DNA from: Paecilomyces variotii
Taxonomy: Eukaryota
Length of the DNA: 64,000 nt
Strand: one strand, 5' to 3'
Assembly (NCBI GenBank): GCA_004022145.1
Contig: RCNU01000012.1
Made by a program: the position numbers and the translations under genes. Positions 26,228 to 40,400 of the stretch are shown here, piece after piece. Below the pieces are notes generated by a model. The model was not told the DNA's origin, searched no databases, and saw only the letters and a program-made list of their open reading frames with translations. Position 1 is the first letter of the stretch. Each line of letters opens with the position of its first letter.

Positions 26228-29200
26228 GAGCGTGGCTGATTCCCGGCAGCCCCCGGTCAGAGGAGTCAACATATGGCAAGAAACAAATGGAGTAATAGTT
26301 ACTCCAGAACTCAGGATTCCGTGACGGGAGTCGCTCTGTCTCTAAATAAAGATACGTAAGCAGAATGAGATTCTGTGAGGAGACAGCCGCTATTATCAGT
26401 GCGGGCGGGGTCTCTGAAGAGCCACCAGGGGCATTGGCGTCTTGTCCGTCGACTCGCGGACAAATTTGGTACTGTTCAGATATGGGGATGGTTACAGTGC
26501 GCCAACAAAAAAAAGCTTGACAAGATAGGCGGAACGGAAGCTAGCGGGTCTTTTATCCTGTCCCTTTCTGGAAGAAATGAATCTGAGATCTTGATTATTA
26601 TTGCTCGCGGATGGTGCAAGAATATGTGAATGGCTGCACATGGAGAGGATCGCGCTTTTTCTATTTCCTTCTGTGCTAACCATGGGCGATAGTTACTGTG
26701 TGATTATTAGTTGGTTCTTTTCATCTTTGGCGCCGCACGTTCCCCGGCCAAATAGCTAGTAAAACAAGCCATGATATCTCTGGGCATCGCGGAGAGCCGA
26801 GGTGTGGCTTGCACCACGGCCCGTCATGTCCATTATTGGCCTGGTCTTAAAATCTTCTAGAATATGACCAGAATGCGGCACATTTCCACGACGGCCTTCT
26901 GGTTGGGCGGACCCTGCAGTGTTATCAGCGTCGTTCCCTTCCAAGCGTTATCGCCGTTCGCTTGGGAAAGTTATATGTTGCAGTGGCAGAAGGGACGATA
27001 TCGTTTACCACAGCATATGATTACGGCAGTATCAGATCGGCTATCGACGGATATTTTAAGTTGGTCCCATCTTCCTTGCGCTGCACAGTCGTTGTGCCAC
27101 CATGCTCGACAGTATGCAACTATCACCGTTGCCAATCGATCCGGGGCCATTCGGCTCCATGGCGTCATTCTGGTTCGGGAATACATCCATTGCAGGAAGT
27201 CCGAGGTTTTCAAAGTGGTCCATAAATAATAATGACCCCCACGAAGGATGCGACCGACTTGGAAGGTCGTATCATCATCCCCGTCCCAGTTAGCACACAC
27301 ATGCATGTGGCTTAAACTCTCTAAAGGGGGGCGTGCAACCCTTTGGTTATCCCTGAACGATGACCGAGAGAATGATCACTTTCTCTTGATTCTAAATATT
27401 ACCAGGTACTGCGCATGATCTGGACTCTCTGGACCCTGGTTTTATGGCCTATATGTGGAGGTTCTCCAGGGTAATCTCACTGCAGAGGATGACTACACCA
27501 CAACGCTGAGCCCATCGTCGAATCACTTATAACATGCTCCCTGGAAGTCCTGTCGGTATGATTTATGATGGCAACAAGACAGATGAAGGCTCAGAGTCGA
27601 TTATGTCTGAGATCTCCGTCGTATTATTACCTACACCTTGTCCGGCAGATCTACAGTTTGCAGATCGCTATGGATTCGATGATTCAAATGATCCGAGGGG
27701 CCACCTGGGGAAGATACTTATGCAAAGACCCGAAACGCACGATGCAACCCTGGCAGAACACTATGGAACTTTCCTGCTAGGCGCCGTCCAGAAGCAGGCG
27801 AAAATGAATCGCGCCGCCAATAGCCGAATTCGTATTTGAGTTGGAACCAGAATATCTAGAAGAAGTCTATTAGAACAGTGTTTCAGATGCCTTGTATTGT
27901 GGGATGACATCAATGTTCCAGGGGAAAAGAAGGCATCCTACTAACTAGACACTGTGCAGAAGTTGGTGCCGACCGAACGTTCTTTTTTTTGAGTGGAATC
28001 TTATACACGCCTATGTCGTAATATTCATTTGTAAGGTTATCTGCCTTTCTAGAGTTCTCATGCACATAGTTTATTTGGAGGACTTAGGCATTGCGAGACT
28101 GGAGAGAATGACGGAATAAGGGAATGGGAACACATATAGTGCACTATCTGATTCCAATTTAGTAGTAAGCTGCTTAAACCAATATCTATATCGGCTTCGC
28201 ATCTTGTCGCAACACATGTGGAATACTTCTCTTTTATTTCACGTCTACAGCCAACTGTCATGCCAGCCAAAGCTACCCTAGAGATGGCGATGCAAATGTC
28301 TTTATCGAGAGTAGCGCTACTCACCAGGAACTGATAGGACATAAAGAAGGTAGCATACATCGGAAGAAAAGATGTCGTCGAGACGGTTGGGCCGAGCGAC
28401 AGTAAATTAAGACTACTCGCATTTTATCGCTGGCAGCACTGGATCCGTATATAGAAGTATTCACGCTGACTTGAAAAATACAGTCCTCCATGTCGTCCAC
28501 AGAGCCTACCTATGTATTGGCAGATCATAGCCTCGGTTGACTAACTATATAGATGGAGGCCGAACGGAACTCACATTAAATAATCTAAAAGAGAGCAGAA
28601 GAATCATATCATGCCTTAAAGAAACCTAAAAAGCAGGATATTGCAGACATTTTACTTAGAGTACATTGCAACTTCATCTGCAACATGTCTATAACCCTCC
28701 TTTGTCCCCTTCTAACGAGCAAGACTTTAGTCCTCCAACTGAAATTATCTCGAATATCGCTCGAGACTATGAACCCACATCTATATTCGCCTCGATAACT
28801 TATAACATCTATCGACAGATGGCCCCACATTGCACAGAGGTCAAGCTTTATTATTGTTGCCCAGCTTTTTACTGAAGCCACACATTGGCACAACAGCAAA
28901 AAGCTTTGATCGCTTAGAAATACAGTCCACTTCATTTTAGAGAGCTCTCAGGAATGTCCAATTGCGTGCTGTGAAAAGCAGATATTGTTGGTCTCGTCAA
29001 TAGTACATATACTTAACTTCCCCACATCGGATGCGGAGACAGTGACGAGGGGCATCCCGACCTGATGCGGGACCAAAAGAACATATCCAACACAAACTTA
29101 CAATAGCAGTAGCATCGGCCCCGCGGACAGGTCTTGTTTCTTTGAGATCCTCTATTGTTGTTCTTTCTTCATACTCCCTTTCCTTTATTGCGCAGTTGGA

Positions 29201-29266
29201 TACAATACTCTTCTTTTCTCTGGAGGAGACGTTAACAGATTTTGTATGAAGACGGCTGTAAGAAGA

Positions 29267-30508
29267 ATGGCGAATTTCTTCTCCCAAGAGACCTTCCGTC
29301 AGGCATACCCTGACCGGCCATTGCCGATGCTCAGTTATGGCCTTCGATTCCCCGAGGCTTGTGCTCGACATGTTGATCGTCTGGGATGCACGAAAACCTA
29401 CATTCTCTCCTCAAAGTCATTGGCTACCAAGACCGACGCTCTGAAGCGGCTTCAACAGAGCCTTGAGGGGAAACTCGTCGGAACTTTTGTTGGAATCAGC
29501 TCTCACACCCCTCTTATAGAGGTTCTGAAAGTTATCGAGGATGTGCGGAATCTCGGAGGCGTTGATTGCCTGATTACCTTGGGCGGTGGTAGTGTCACGG
29601 ACGCTGCGAAGGTGGTTCGATTCGCCCTCGCCAACTCAGCATATACGGCCGATGAAGTTGATACACTCTGGGGAGGACATTCGCATAACCCACGGCAACG
29701 AGATGTGCTTAATCCCCCTACCATCCCGCTGATTCATATCCCGACCTCGCTATCTGGCGGTGAGTATCAGCATATCGCCGGTGTCACGGATGAGAGGACA
29801 CATGCGAAGCGGACTTATGAACCGCACGTTGATCCAACTCTGGTAATTCAAGATCCAGAGCTTTGTCTGCATACTCCGGCCTGGTTGTGGCTCAGTTCCG
29901 GTATCCGAGCCGTCGACCACTGTGTGGAAACTCTCTGCTCGTTGCAGAGCAATGAGAAGGGAGACTCAGAAGCCAAGAAAGGTCTGGTGAAGTTGGTGCC
30001 TGGGCTTTTGAAATGCAAGCATAACCCCACTGATCTCGATGCACGCCATTTATGTCAGCTTGGTGTCGTGGAAGCCATGGCTGCTGTATCCAGCGGCGTG
30101 CCTCTCGGGGCCAGTCATGCCATTGGCCACCAATTGGGTCCTCTGGGTGTCGGTCATGGCGAGACGAGCTGCATCCTTCTCCCAGCAGTCTGCAAGTATA
30201 ATGCATCGAAGGGCGCCAACAACGATCGACAGGAGATCTGCAAGAAAGTGCTGTTGGAGGACGAAACCGTCCAGTCTACCCTGAAGGCTCGCAATGTCTC
30301 CAATCCGGACCTGGGTGATATCCTGGATGCAGTCATTCGCGAATTGGAGATGCCACGATCTCTGAAGGACGTGAATGTTGGAAGAGACAAGTTGGATGTT
30401 TTGGCGACCAACAGTCTCCATGATCTTTGGATCAAGACCAATGCAGTTCCTATCACGGAGAAGTCGCAGGTTATGGAGATTCTGGAGATAGCGGTGGGAG
30501 ACCAGTGA
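29267..30508 (+). CDS. Iron-containing (type III) alcohol dehydrogenase family protein, maleylacetate reductase/FUM7-like
   Basis: Intronless ORF; TLGGGSVTDAAK, HIPTSLSGGEY, SGIRAVDHCVE, HAIGHQLG..HGETS metal ligands. An alternative in-frame ATG lies at 29246. Confidence 0.85.
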   Translation: MANFFSQETFRQAYPDRPLPMLSYGLRFPEACARHVDRLGCTKTYILSSKSLATKTDALKRLQQSLEGKLVGTFVGISSHTPLIEVLKVIEDVRNLGGVDCLITLGGGSVTDAAKVVRFALANSAYTADEVDTLWGGHSHNPRQRDVLNPPTIPLIHIPTSLSGGEYQHIAGVTDERTHAKRTYEPHVDPTLVIQDPELCLHTPAWLWLSSGIRAVDHCVETLCSLQSNEKGDSEAKKGLVKLVPGLLKCKHNPTDLDARHLCQLGVVEAMAAVSSGVPLGASHAIGHQLGPLGVGHGETSCILLPAVCKYNASKGANNDRQEICKKVLLEDETVQSTLKARNVSNPDLGDILDAVIRELEMPRSLKDVNVGRDKLDVLATNSLHDLWIKTNAVPITEKSQVMEILEIAVGDQ

Positions 30509-33500
30509 TGAACTGTGGATACTATGCCCTAAATTATTATGTACTATGTATAGATGCGTAGTATCAAAGCAGAATAAATGTTCCGAAAACAGTTATTCTA
30601 AAGAGGAAGTGGGACATTTCTCCATATCCCTGTGATGTCAACTGGTAGTCACAGTTGTCCGTACTATATACATGGCAAACCGTTATTAATGTGGTCATAT
30701 CCCTTCTACAATCGCTGTAGCTTTATGGAACTAGTAGTGTATTGTCTTGTATAGCGGACCAAGGAATTTATCCGCTGCAGTAACCTCTACATGGAAACGG
30801 ATAGTCAGGTAATATCATACCAAAATCTTCCTCCACCGATTCTATCACCGATTCTATCTGGCATTAATTATCAGTTGCAGAGAAGAACATATCGTTGCGG
30901 TTCAAACTGCTTTGCTTCCAGACAACCTTTCAATGTGAGACAACAGTTATATCCCTGGATACAGAGGAAACTTGCCTAAGATGAGAGTATGAATATGCAT
31001 ATCAACTATCCAAGAACGGACTTGAGACCAAATATTTGAACACTATCCTATGTCCTAATGGAGACAGACATATCCTTTTCTGCTTTCTTAAGAATAGAAC
31101 ATAGTATGATCACAGGCTGACTACAAGGGCTAAGGTCTGAATCCTTGCAGTTTGCTGTCGCTCCTACCTTCCACTAAAGAGTCAAATAGTGAAATAGCCT
31201 CACAAGCAGTGACTGTAGGAAAGTGCCGCATCCATAGATAGGGAGAAATGAGACGATAAGTGTGTTTATCAAACACCGTATTTTCTAATTGTCGTAATCG
31301 GGTTAAACCAGTAGCAATTGCTGCTATACAATTTGGAAATTCGACGACAGCAAGCAGATGCCAACGCTTCCTGTCCGGTCACATGAGCCATGTGCATCTT
31401 TCTAGCAGGTCGATGACGCACCGGAGCACAGGTATCAGAGCGGATGACCGCAGATATCAGGAATGGCACACGTGGTTCCAAAAGTGCAGGTTAATGACAC
31501 ACTAGGAAGACAGTTATGACGCAGACTCTATTCGATACATTATTGCATTGGTGCAGATATGACAGCTCGAGACACAGGAATGTGCTGCTGCATGTGGGTT
31601 CCAAAACCTGGTGAATCAGATCGGTCTCACAGTAAAATCATATCGAGATTCTGCTTCAACGCCTATGATCTATCATATCTGATCCGTTGGGAGAACTTAT
31701 CTGCTCTGGGGGGCGCCATTATCAGATAGAAAATATGCGGGACGTTGGGACTTGTCGGACAATGCAAGCGATACGATCCTTGCTAAAGCCTGAACTCATT
31801 CATGGTCTGCCTGTATCGATCTCGCGTCAAGTACAGTTAGTCTATACGATAGATGTGAAGTTACACTTGAGCCCTTCAGGATGGCCGTACTGGTAGAGTT
31901 AAAAGGGGGTTTCAGCGGCAGCTCATCAATATGCGTCTTTACACCAGGCAAGATGGTAAGAAGGGACGTCACCAGGTGATGGAGACTAGGTTTGACCCCT
32001 TGCTATCGAAACGTGCTCTCTGTCCATAGAAGAAATCTTTTTCTAGATCTCTTTACTGATGTCTGCTGAGCGAGCCGAGCCCGGTCTCCTGCCGCTCTGA
32101 GGCCGCTCTAAATCTCATGATCGAGACTATAGATCTTGATTCAAGTCGTCACGATAGCTTCCGTTGCTCATCAGACCCATAGGTCTCAGAAAGGAATGGA
32201 CTATGTAAGGTTCAGGATCAGTATGTATGCAGTCGTGGAGTCACAGATGGGGAGGACCGAGGCTTTCCCAACGAGTCTCTTCGAGATCTCCATAAAGGAA
32301 TAGTAAATTCGTACTGTGTCGCAGATCTCTAGGTTTCTAGAGAAGTCAATCGTTAGTGAAGCGGACAAGTCAAACTACCGTGATGCGCGATTTCGGCACG
32401 GCGGCACAGCCCCTTTATTCCAGAAAATGTGAGTACATTGGTTTCTTCTGTTTACTGTATAATCTCGGCCAACAGAATAGGCCAACTACAGATACTTACA
32501 TGCACCACAGACAAGTACTCGTGCGTAAAGCATAAGAACATACACCCACCATGTAGCAAGCGAAAAGATCAAAGCAGATGAGCAACGATCTCGAAGCCAT
32601 GGATACAATAGACTGTCCTTTCGCCAGCCATATTAGACTACTACCTACCCTTCTTTACCAGAGATCAAGGTCGCGAAGATTCGGAGGCAGGGCTGTCCCG
32701 AGTTCCCGAATTCCTAATCTACACTCCCGAGATGGAGCGGCAATAGTGGGAACCCCTGGATCCTCTGTACGATCTTGGATCTCGATTGGCCTCCGGATGA
32801 GGCAGAGTAGATTCTGGAACATCGACTCGAACGGATGGTTTCCCCCAATAATGGATCGGAGGGAGATCTGTCAAGCGGCAAGATCAGTTTGTTATATCCA
32901 CCAGAGTGCTCCTGTCATTTGCCGGCGCCTGATCCGGACGTATTAGGGGGTATAGAACCGCGCAGCCCTTTCTATGACACCTGTTCGTTCGAATAATAGC
33001 ATCCGCAGGTTGTCCGCCGAAGGCTGCAAGAACCCCACAGCGTGGCAGTCTTACTTTAAAAGTTTAGACACCGAAGCTTTTCTCAAACTCACAGCCCCAG
33101 CCTTGAGCTTTTTGTCTCAGGCTGTTCCCACGGGTCGAGAGCGGGACGGTTTAGGACTGGGAAACCTTCTGACGTAGACGCCAAACCCAGGGCGGTTGTT
33201 CTGTTCCGTGTCGAGAATTTAAGTAGTACTGCAGACTATCTAGTGTTTTCCCAAATCTTGGGAACGCATCGCCCTATGGCAGCGCGAGAATTTGGGGTTG
33301 CGGCGCATGCATCGAAAGGTGGTTCCTGTCTCCTGCAGTATTCCAGTTATCGATAATATCGATCGATACGAGAATGTCTGAAGTTTGAACCGTTGCGGTC
33401 TCTGTCCGTCCGAGGAGGAGAGTTTGGGTCCTTGTTCGTCTGGACGCTCAGATCCTGGGGTGGCCGTAGCCCCCGATGGTGTTAGAACTAGTATACTTAC

Positions 33501-36213
33501 CGTTCCCCACGATGGTGGCTCTTTGATCCCATCAGAACCGCACGGCGTATCACCGGAGGGAGGGGGCAAGCGGACGAGATGAGGCGTCCTGCTTGGTGAG
33601 AGAGATATTAGTTATTTAGCCTCGCGGATCTCTGGATGCTGCTGGTTCCGAATTATTGCTGTCGTGGATGTTGAGCTTCTCTGGTTCTCTGGTTGAAGGT
33701 TCTCTCTGGTCAGGGACGGGTGGAGGTTTCGGCGATCGCCCGTCGGGAGAAGACCGGAAACAGCCCAGATTGCGTGCTCCCTCTGTTCTGCTTCTGCTTC
33801 TGCTTCTTCTCTAAGTAACCAAGTGCAGGAATCTCTCCAGGAACCAGGACCCACGAGATCATTCTGCACAACCCCCCAAAACCCAATCAATAATAATAAT
33901 AATCTATCGTGTATCCATCGGATGTACCGCGTCCTAGGGCCAGCCTACTGGACCCTCGCCCCGTGCTTGTCACTGCAAAGGCTAGCTGGCCATCCGCTCT
34001 CGTGGAATGAGGCTAACTGTTAGCTCAGGGCTTGTCGAACCATTGCTCCATCCTCAGTCTCTCCCCTCTCGGACGTTTTTGGGTTCGCAAAGCCAAGACG
34101 AACAGACAGCCTTCTAGAGAACACTTGCTGGCAATCCAGGACCATGTCACGGTCGCCCATGGTCAGCGTCTGCGACAGCACGTCCGGCTGGTTCCACGCT
34201 AGAAGCTGTCATATGTTGCAGGAATATCTCACTCTCCTTTCTCTGACGAGTATGCTCCAGTATGCTCCAGTATCCGGCTGCAACGATCATCCGTTGCTGG
34301 GAAAGAACGCTGGGAGAAAGAAAATAATAGGTCCCAATCCGTACGACCGGCGCTTGTACATACTTGTACTGCCAGCTAACTAGACCCTGGCGTTCCTGGG
34401 ACACCACAGATTGCAGCTAATCTGAGTGGGACCGATGAAGGAAGCCCGAGGAGATCTCCCATCCCTGTTCTCTTCGACCACGGCGGCAGTTCTCTCTGTC
34501 TCTTTTCTCGAAACATGACCTGGCAGCCTTGGCTCTGGGACTTAGTGGAAACTCTGCCAGCGCCGTAGTAACTACATGTCTCGATCATGCGTGGGTCGAT
34601 CATCAGTGAGATTCCTACGGTTGGCCCAAGTCAGCCGTCTGGGCGCTTACTCCGGATAGATGGTGCAGACGTCCTAAGCAATCGCCCGGGATCTGTGTCC
34701 GATTATTGACCTGCAGGGTACAATCTAGCGCCTCGCCTATCAACATAGGCTGCTGATTTTTCGAGATACAAATCTGTCTGGCTGGGTGCCTCCGTTGCAT
34801 CATGGTACCAGTACTCTACAACAGGTGGGTCGACCAGCGAGGGACTCATGGCGATCTTTGCCGTGGGCCTTGGTGTTCGGTAACCGCTGTTGAAATTTCT
34901 GCCCCCTTTGGGGATTTTGACTTCCAAACTATAGCGATCCCAAACCATTCCCGTGAAGACCATCCTTGCTCCTCCACGATTGACTTCCCGGCCAACCCCT
35001 GACGAACAGGTGCTCTCCTCGGCGTCAGGTACACCCGGGGGAAGTTCCCCCTTGGGTTCCTCGAGCGATCCTCATGTCGGTGGTCTCCATGGAATCTTCG
35101 TCCCCTATTATTATTATTATTATTGCAAACCACGGACGCTTTCTCTCGCTCTCTCTCGTCGGCGCTACCTGGGCTGTAATGTGTCCCCAGCATTGGCTGC
35201 GTTCTCACCTGGAGAAATCCAATCACACCGGCCCAGCTGATCCTGGCAAACAAGGGCGGGCGCTTGTCGTGGAGCTGACAATCGGTGACTCTGCGAAGGA
35301 CAGAACTGCAGTAATCCGCTAGTAGTCGGACGCTCCAGTGTGACCGTGAACCCCAGAAGCGACCGGGGAGCTTTGGAAATCAGATCCTCTATCGGAGGGA
35401 ACCACGCGCCTGTCCGTCTAAAGAATTATTAGCGTGGGCGCCCGGATAGCTGACTCGATTCACGGCGCCACCTTGCACATCATTCCCGCGCCCAGGTGTC
35501 AGATCCTTGGCTCCATCTGTCAAGACAACCTTAAGGATGGAGAGGTTTGCAGGGTCCTATTTGCGCCCTCTCCGCTCTACATACCTTTCTGGGCTTATGG
35601 AGTAGTGGCAGTAGTTTCTGACTACCGTACCCACTCTGACCACGATCGTCATTTTTGGGCAGCCCCGTAGTGGCTTTCCATGGGGTCGGCCAGATGTAAC
35701 AATGGTACGGATCTTGCATTCTAATAACTGCTCTGCCTGTCAGTTCGTCCTGCAAGTTCCCTGGGCACTCTCGATCTCAACGCGACTGGTGGCTTTCATC
35801 CGTAAATACCTCCCAGCCAGTCAGTATTTCGACTGGGCTTGGAATTGTCTTCCTTCAGCCTTGCATAACCTTGATTCAGCTGTCCCCATCAAGTCCCGGA
35901 CCGGCAATGTTAACCAAATCCACCTGACCCTCATGTGAGTACATTCATATGTTGCCCGCCCCTCTGCTCCTCAGCCGCGTGTCTTGCTTGCACTTTCACT
36001 CGAGGAAGAGAAACTATCCCATCGGTTGGGAAGAACGTCTCTAGATATCTTCTTGTCAAAGTACATACATTACAATATTTCCATACCCCTCTCATATACC
36101 GGGTTTTCCCATGCCTGTTCTAATCGCCGCGGGACAGAGTTAGAGACGAGATTCATCTCTTTTCCCATCCTATGTCCCCTAATAACTACCGCGGGAACGA
36201 AGAGAACAGGAAT

Positions 36214-37404
36214 ATGGCCGTATCATATGCTAGCGGGCTTCCAGCCGGTCGCTCACAGACTCTCCCACCTTTCCGAGAGGTAAGATGATCCCATACCTTA
36301 TGAGTGCGAGGACATAGCTGCTGACAGCTATACTTCAGTTACTACCTCCTCACTTGCACGAGGAGATAGATTCTACTCCATTCTATGCTTCTAGACAGCC
36401 TCAACAAGATCGTTCTCCGTCATATATCCCGGAATCAACGAGACCGCGATCTGTCCCAGGCTCTGCTCTCGGGTCTCCTGCGAAGCCACCCTCAAGTGAC
36501 ACCCTGTCTGACTTTGCCTCGCAACCGATCAGGGTCGAGGAGACTCAATTCGGAAACCACCGAGAACATGGTCTTCCACAGCCCCAGCCTTCCGGGAATT
36601 CATCGCCCATGGCTTCTGTCACAGGACAGCCTATGCAGTTCACATCTCGTGGACCTAGTCCGATCTTGCCGCCGATCCATAATCTACACTCTTTGCCTGA
36701 GCGCAATCTGAGTCGTGCGGGAACTTCATTCGACGATACAGCACTCCGCCCATCCTCGTTACCACGAGACTATGCCCATGAGGGCCTGGTCTTTGGCGTA
36801 AGGAATCGGAATGATTTGGACCTCGAGAGACAGAGCCCGCCGTCTTACACGGGCAGCAGTGTCCCTGTCTCGGCTTACAATCAGCAACCGTATGATACAC
36901 CGCCATACGTCCACTATCCCCAAGCCTATAGAGGGGAACTTGAATATCCATCGCAAATAGTTCCTAATCCACAGCACTCCAACTTCGGTATTCTTGGCGA
37001 CCCGATCGATTCGCGGAGCAAACGCAGACGAGGGAATCTTCCGAAGCCGGTCACGGATATTCTACGCGCCTGGTTCCACGAGCATCTCGATCATCCATAC
37101 CCAAGTGAGGAAGATAAGCAAATATTCATGACACGGACCGGATTGTCAATCAGCCAGGTACGGTTCCTTCCGTTTCTACCATTTCATCTCTTCAAACGCT
37201 AACCTAGGCTCCGTGGTGGGTTTCAAGATCAGCAATTGGTTCATCAACGCAAGACGACGACAGCTACCGGCATTGCGTAACCAGATTCGCAGCAATGAAA
37301 ACGAAAGGATTCCGCAGCGACAATCGCCCTTTAGCGATACTGAACAAGCCTCGTCTCGTGAATCTGTTTCCTCGCCGAGTCGCTCAGTACCCAGCCAACC
37401 GTAG
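36214..37404 (+). CDS. TALE-class (KN/TGIF-like) homeobox transcription factor
   Basis: Exon 36214-36279 (..TLPPFRE), intron 36280-36338, exon to 37157, intron 37158-37227. Homeodomain KRRRGNLPKPVTDILRAWFHEHLDHPYPSEEDKQ..ISNWFINARRR with the PYP loop. The stop overlaps a possible GTAGGC donor, so the 3' end is uncertain. Confidence 0.9.
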
Positions 37405-40400
37405 GCAATTCTAGGGACTTCGATCCTGCCATACGGGCTCGTTTCTACCCTATGGCTAGCAACTTGCGCATTTTCCTGTTCGAATACCACATAATACTTT
37501 TACCCATCAGCATCCAGCTGACATACGGAGTTCAGGGGATTTGGGATCTCAAAATTTATGACGACTATAGCATGGGAGGGCGAATTCTGAATTTGCGAGA
37601 GAAAAGCGACTTTCTGTTTAATCCTTTAATTCTGGATGATTTTTGATACCTGGGGAAGAGATACTCTTTCACCCCTTTCCTGTTGTCCCTATAGACGCCA
37701 ACATTTACCCAGCGAAAGGAACGATCAGGCATTTTGATACCCTTTCATTGTTGATGGGAGTCTATCATGTGAAATGATAAAATCATGGTGTACATCTCGC
37801 GCTTGAACAGTGACGGACGGCTTGCATCCCTTTTTCCTGTCATACCTTTTGTGTCTTGTGCCTCGTCCTGCGCCTCTTTTCTCAGTGACGGCCGATTATC
37901 AACATTGCTCTAGAATTCTGATCTACATTTCATGTGCTTACGTGAAAATAGGGGGAAGTGATTTCCTAAGGAGATTCGGTTCTATTCCCAATGACTATTG
38001 CTATGTACATTGAGATTGGTGCTTCGTATGCGTTGTGCCCACTAGGTTCCGGAAAAGGGATAGAAATTGACATCACATTTATGGATTGAAGGCTTAACGG
38101 CCCGGCAACCTACCATACGGAGGGCCAAAGTTCATTATTTTGGGCTCGCTTGTCATGGGCATTCGCCTCAGATCGTGACCGTCAATAATGATGGCCCGTC
38201 ATTGTCTGGTACGCTTTCCCGTTCGAGACTCACGCCGGGTGCTTCGGCCGAGACACCATCGTCGGTCCGTTCCAGCAAGATATATGTTTACATGCAAAGT
38301 TACGCTCGTGCGATCAAAGGTCATTATTGATTGACGATTGACATGCGTCAATTATGATGGCATGGTGGTTTATTGTTCTGGAGTCGATGTGGTCGTCCAG
38401 ATCCCTTGGCATGTCGCGAATCCACTCTCCAACGCTGCCAAACTCCTGTGGTTTCAGAACGGACACCTATTGGTACATCACACCAGCTGTGGTTCATCTC
38501 CAGTGATCCTTTACTGCAGAGCCTGCATCGTCCTGCTCAAAACGACTACTGATCAATGATCAACCCGAAGCCTGTGGCAAAAGTCCAATTATCTTGTGGC
38601 AGAATACTTAAGAGATACATGGAGAAAGCCGAATGATGTTTTTTACCTTACCCGCCCTGGCCAGCCAAGAAGCCGGCCAATGATCGGGACGCGCCGAAGT
38701 GGCATCGCTCGTCCGATAGATGCATTCGTTAGCGCGCCCAGAAATTGATTTGTGTTAAAGTTCGGCGAATGATGCCAGAAGCGCCGCAGTGACCAGTACG
38801 GAGACACCAGAGCTTTGCCCGCTTGAGGCAAGTCCTTTTACTCGTCACTATCACCTCCCCAACTTCGAAGACGCACTGGGCGCGTCAGCTTGCTTGTTGA
38901 CCAGTGAGTGGAATCCTCGTATTCGCGCGGCGGCGAGCCGGCGCTGTCTGGATTCTTGACTCTTCATCACGGCTGTCTGGTCATTTCTCTTCGGCGCGTG
39001 TACACATACCCACCAGTTCGTCACTTGTCGGGAGCCTTACCGGAACCAGCAATCTAATTTGTGCTACCGAGTGCCTTAGGGGGATATGCGCCATGCGGGA
39101 AACTTTGAAAATGGCCGGGAGTGGATGCACCACAGGATCGGGATCGACAGAGGAATCTTGCCGAACCTTGTGCAGGATCTTGCTCTTCAGCGCTGCCTTT
39201 CTAAGCAGTGGATCTCTTTGATCGCCGACATGTTCCATTTGGGCCGTCCTCGACGCTTGACCAGTCTTTGGGAAGACAACACTCCATTGACCTTTTTTTG
39301 CGGCCTCTCCAGATTCGAGCAATGACACTAAATATGGAAGGTCGGGCCTGGTTCTATGCGGCTACCCATGCTATTATTGTTGTCTCCCATGCTAGCAAAA
39401 GCGGTCAATGCGTACCCTATCGACAGAGACGATCTGCTAGGTAAGTAATTGATCTGGATTCCCGAGCATCACGATGGTTATTTGGTGCGAAAATACCCAA
39501 GTCCTAGACCGTCTAGAGAAGCCTACATCTCAAGTAGGGAAGCAGCCTTGGCATGGTTAAATGTCACTCGCGGTCTGTGTGTGGTTGACGGCTCTCGGGC
39601 CTCTCGCATGCTCAAGAGCGTCAAATAGTGATATGTCCAACAGTGATACATACATACAGTGCGCTGGTTGTTCCTTTTTTATATATTTTTCTTTTCTTTC
39701 TTTACTCATATTAGCAGAATAAATCAGTGGCAGAGGCCCCTGATCGCATCAAATCACCGGGATTGCAATACCCGTGCTGTGATGTTTAACGCATTGGTTC
39801 ACACGACGGGAGTGACGGGAGATGGGATTAGTGGATTTCGATATTACCGCCACATATATTGTCTCCTCACTTCTTCATAGGGGAAGTTACTATGAGGTCC
39901 AGGCGTCTGGCCAGTACTTATTGGTGTGAGTTTACTGGCCCCAGCCTCCATCATAAGTCATGAAAAGATGCTTTGAGCCCTATTCACTCACAGCCACATC
40001 TCGACTGGATTCCAATCAGTCGCAACGCAATTGGCAGGCAGCCACCAATACCAGCCCAATGCTTCCTGTAGCATCGCCTCTTTACTCTTGCCTTTATACT
40101 ATCAGCTCTGGTGGGCATCCTTGGCATATTGGGGACTCAAACTACCCTTGCGGTCGGGTCCCAGCTGAAGATTATGGCAAAGTGCCTACGAAGTCCGGAT
40201 TGTCCCGAAGATCCCTCGCACGTCAGCCAACACATCAAATCGATATGAGCATAGGAGCTCGTCCGGGTGAGTGGCACTTCGCATGGGATAATTGGGATTG
40301 TATCCGCATGTCTCCGCACCACCATTACTACGAACCCGGAAACCTGGGATCTTCGCAGTGTCGAATTCTAAATCTGTGGCTCCTCTATGTTGCGTGCTGA

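Noticed and set aside
26530..26547. AmyR site in the prtT promoter suggesting direct cross-regulation
   Set aside because: Spacers to the last CGG are 7 and 12 nt, which do not fit the consensus.
27534..27839. 101-aa ORF upstream of prtT
   Set aside because: No recognisable domain, signal or splice structure; may be chance or an unidentifiable relic.
30834..30858. 12-bp tandem duplication (similar short ones near 10664, 34249 and 49244)
   Set aside because: Two-copy slippage duplications with no spacer structure; not CRISPR-like and not clear target-site duplications.
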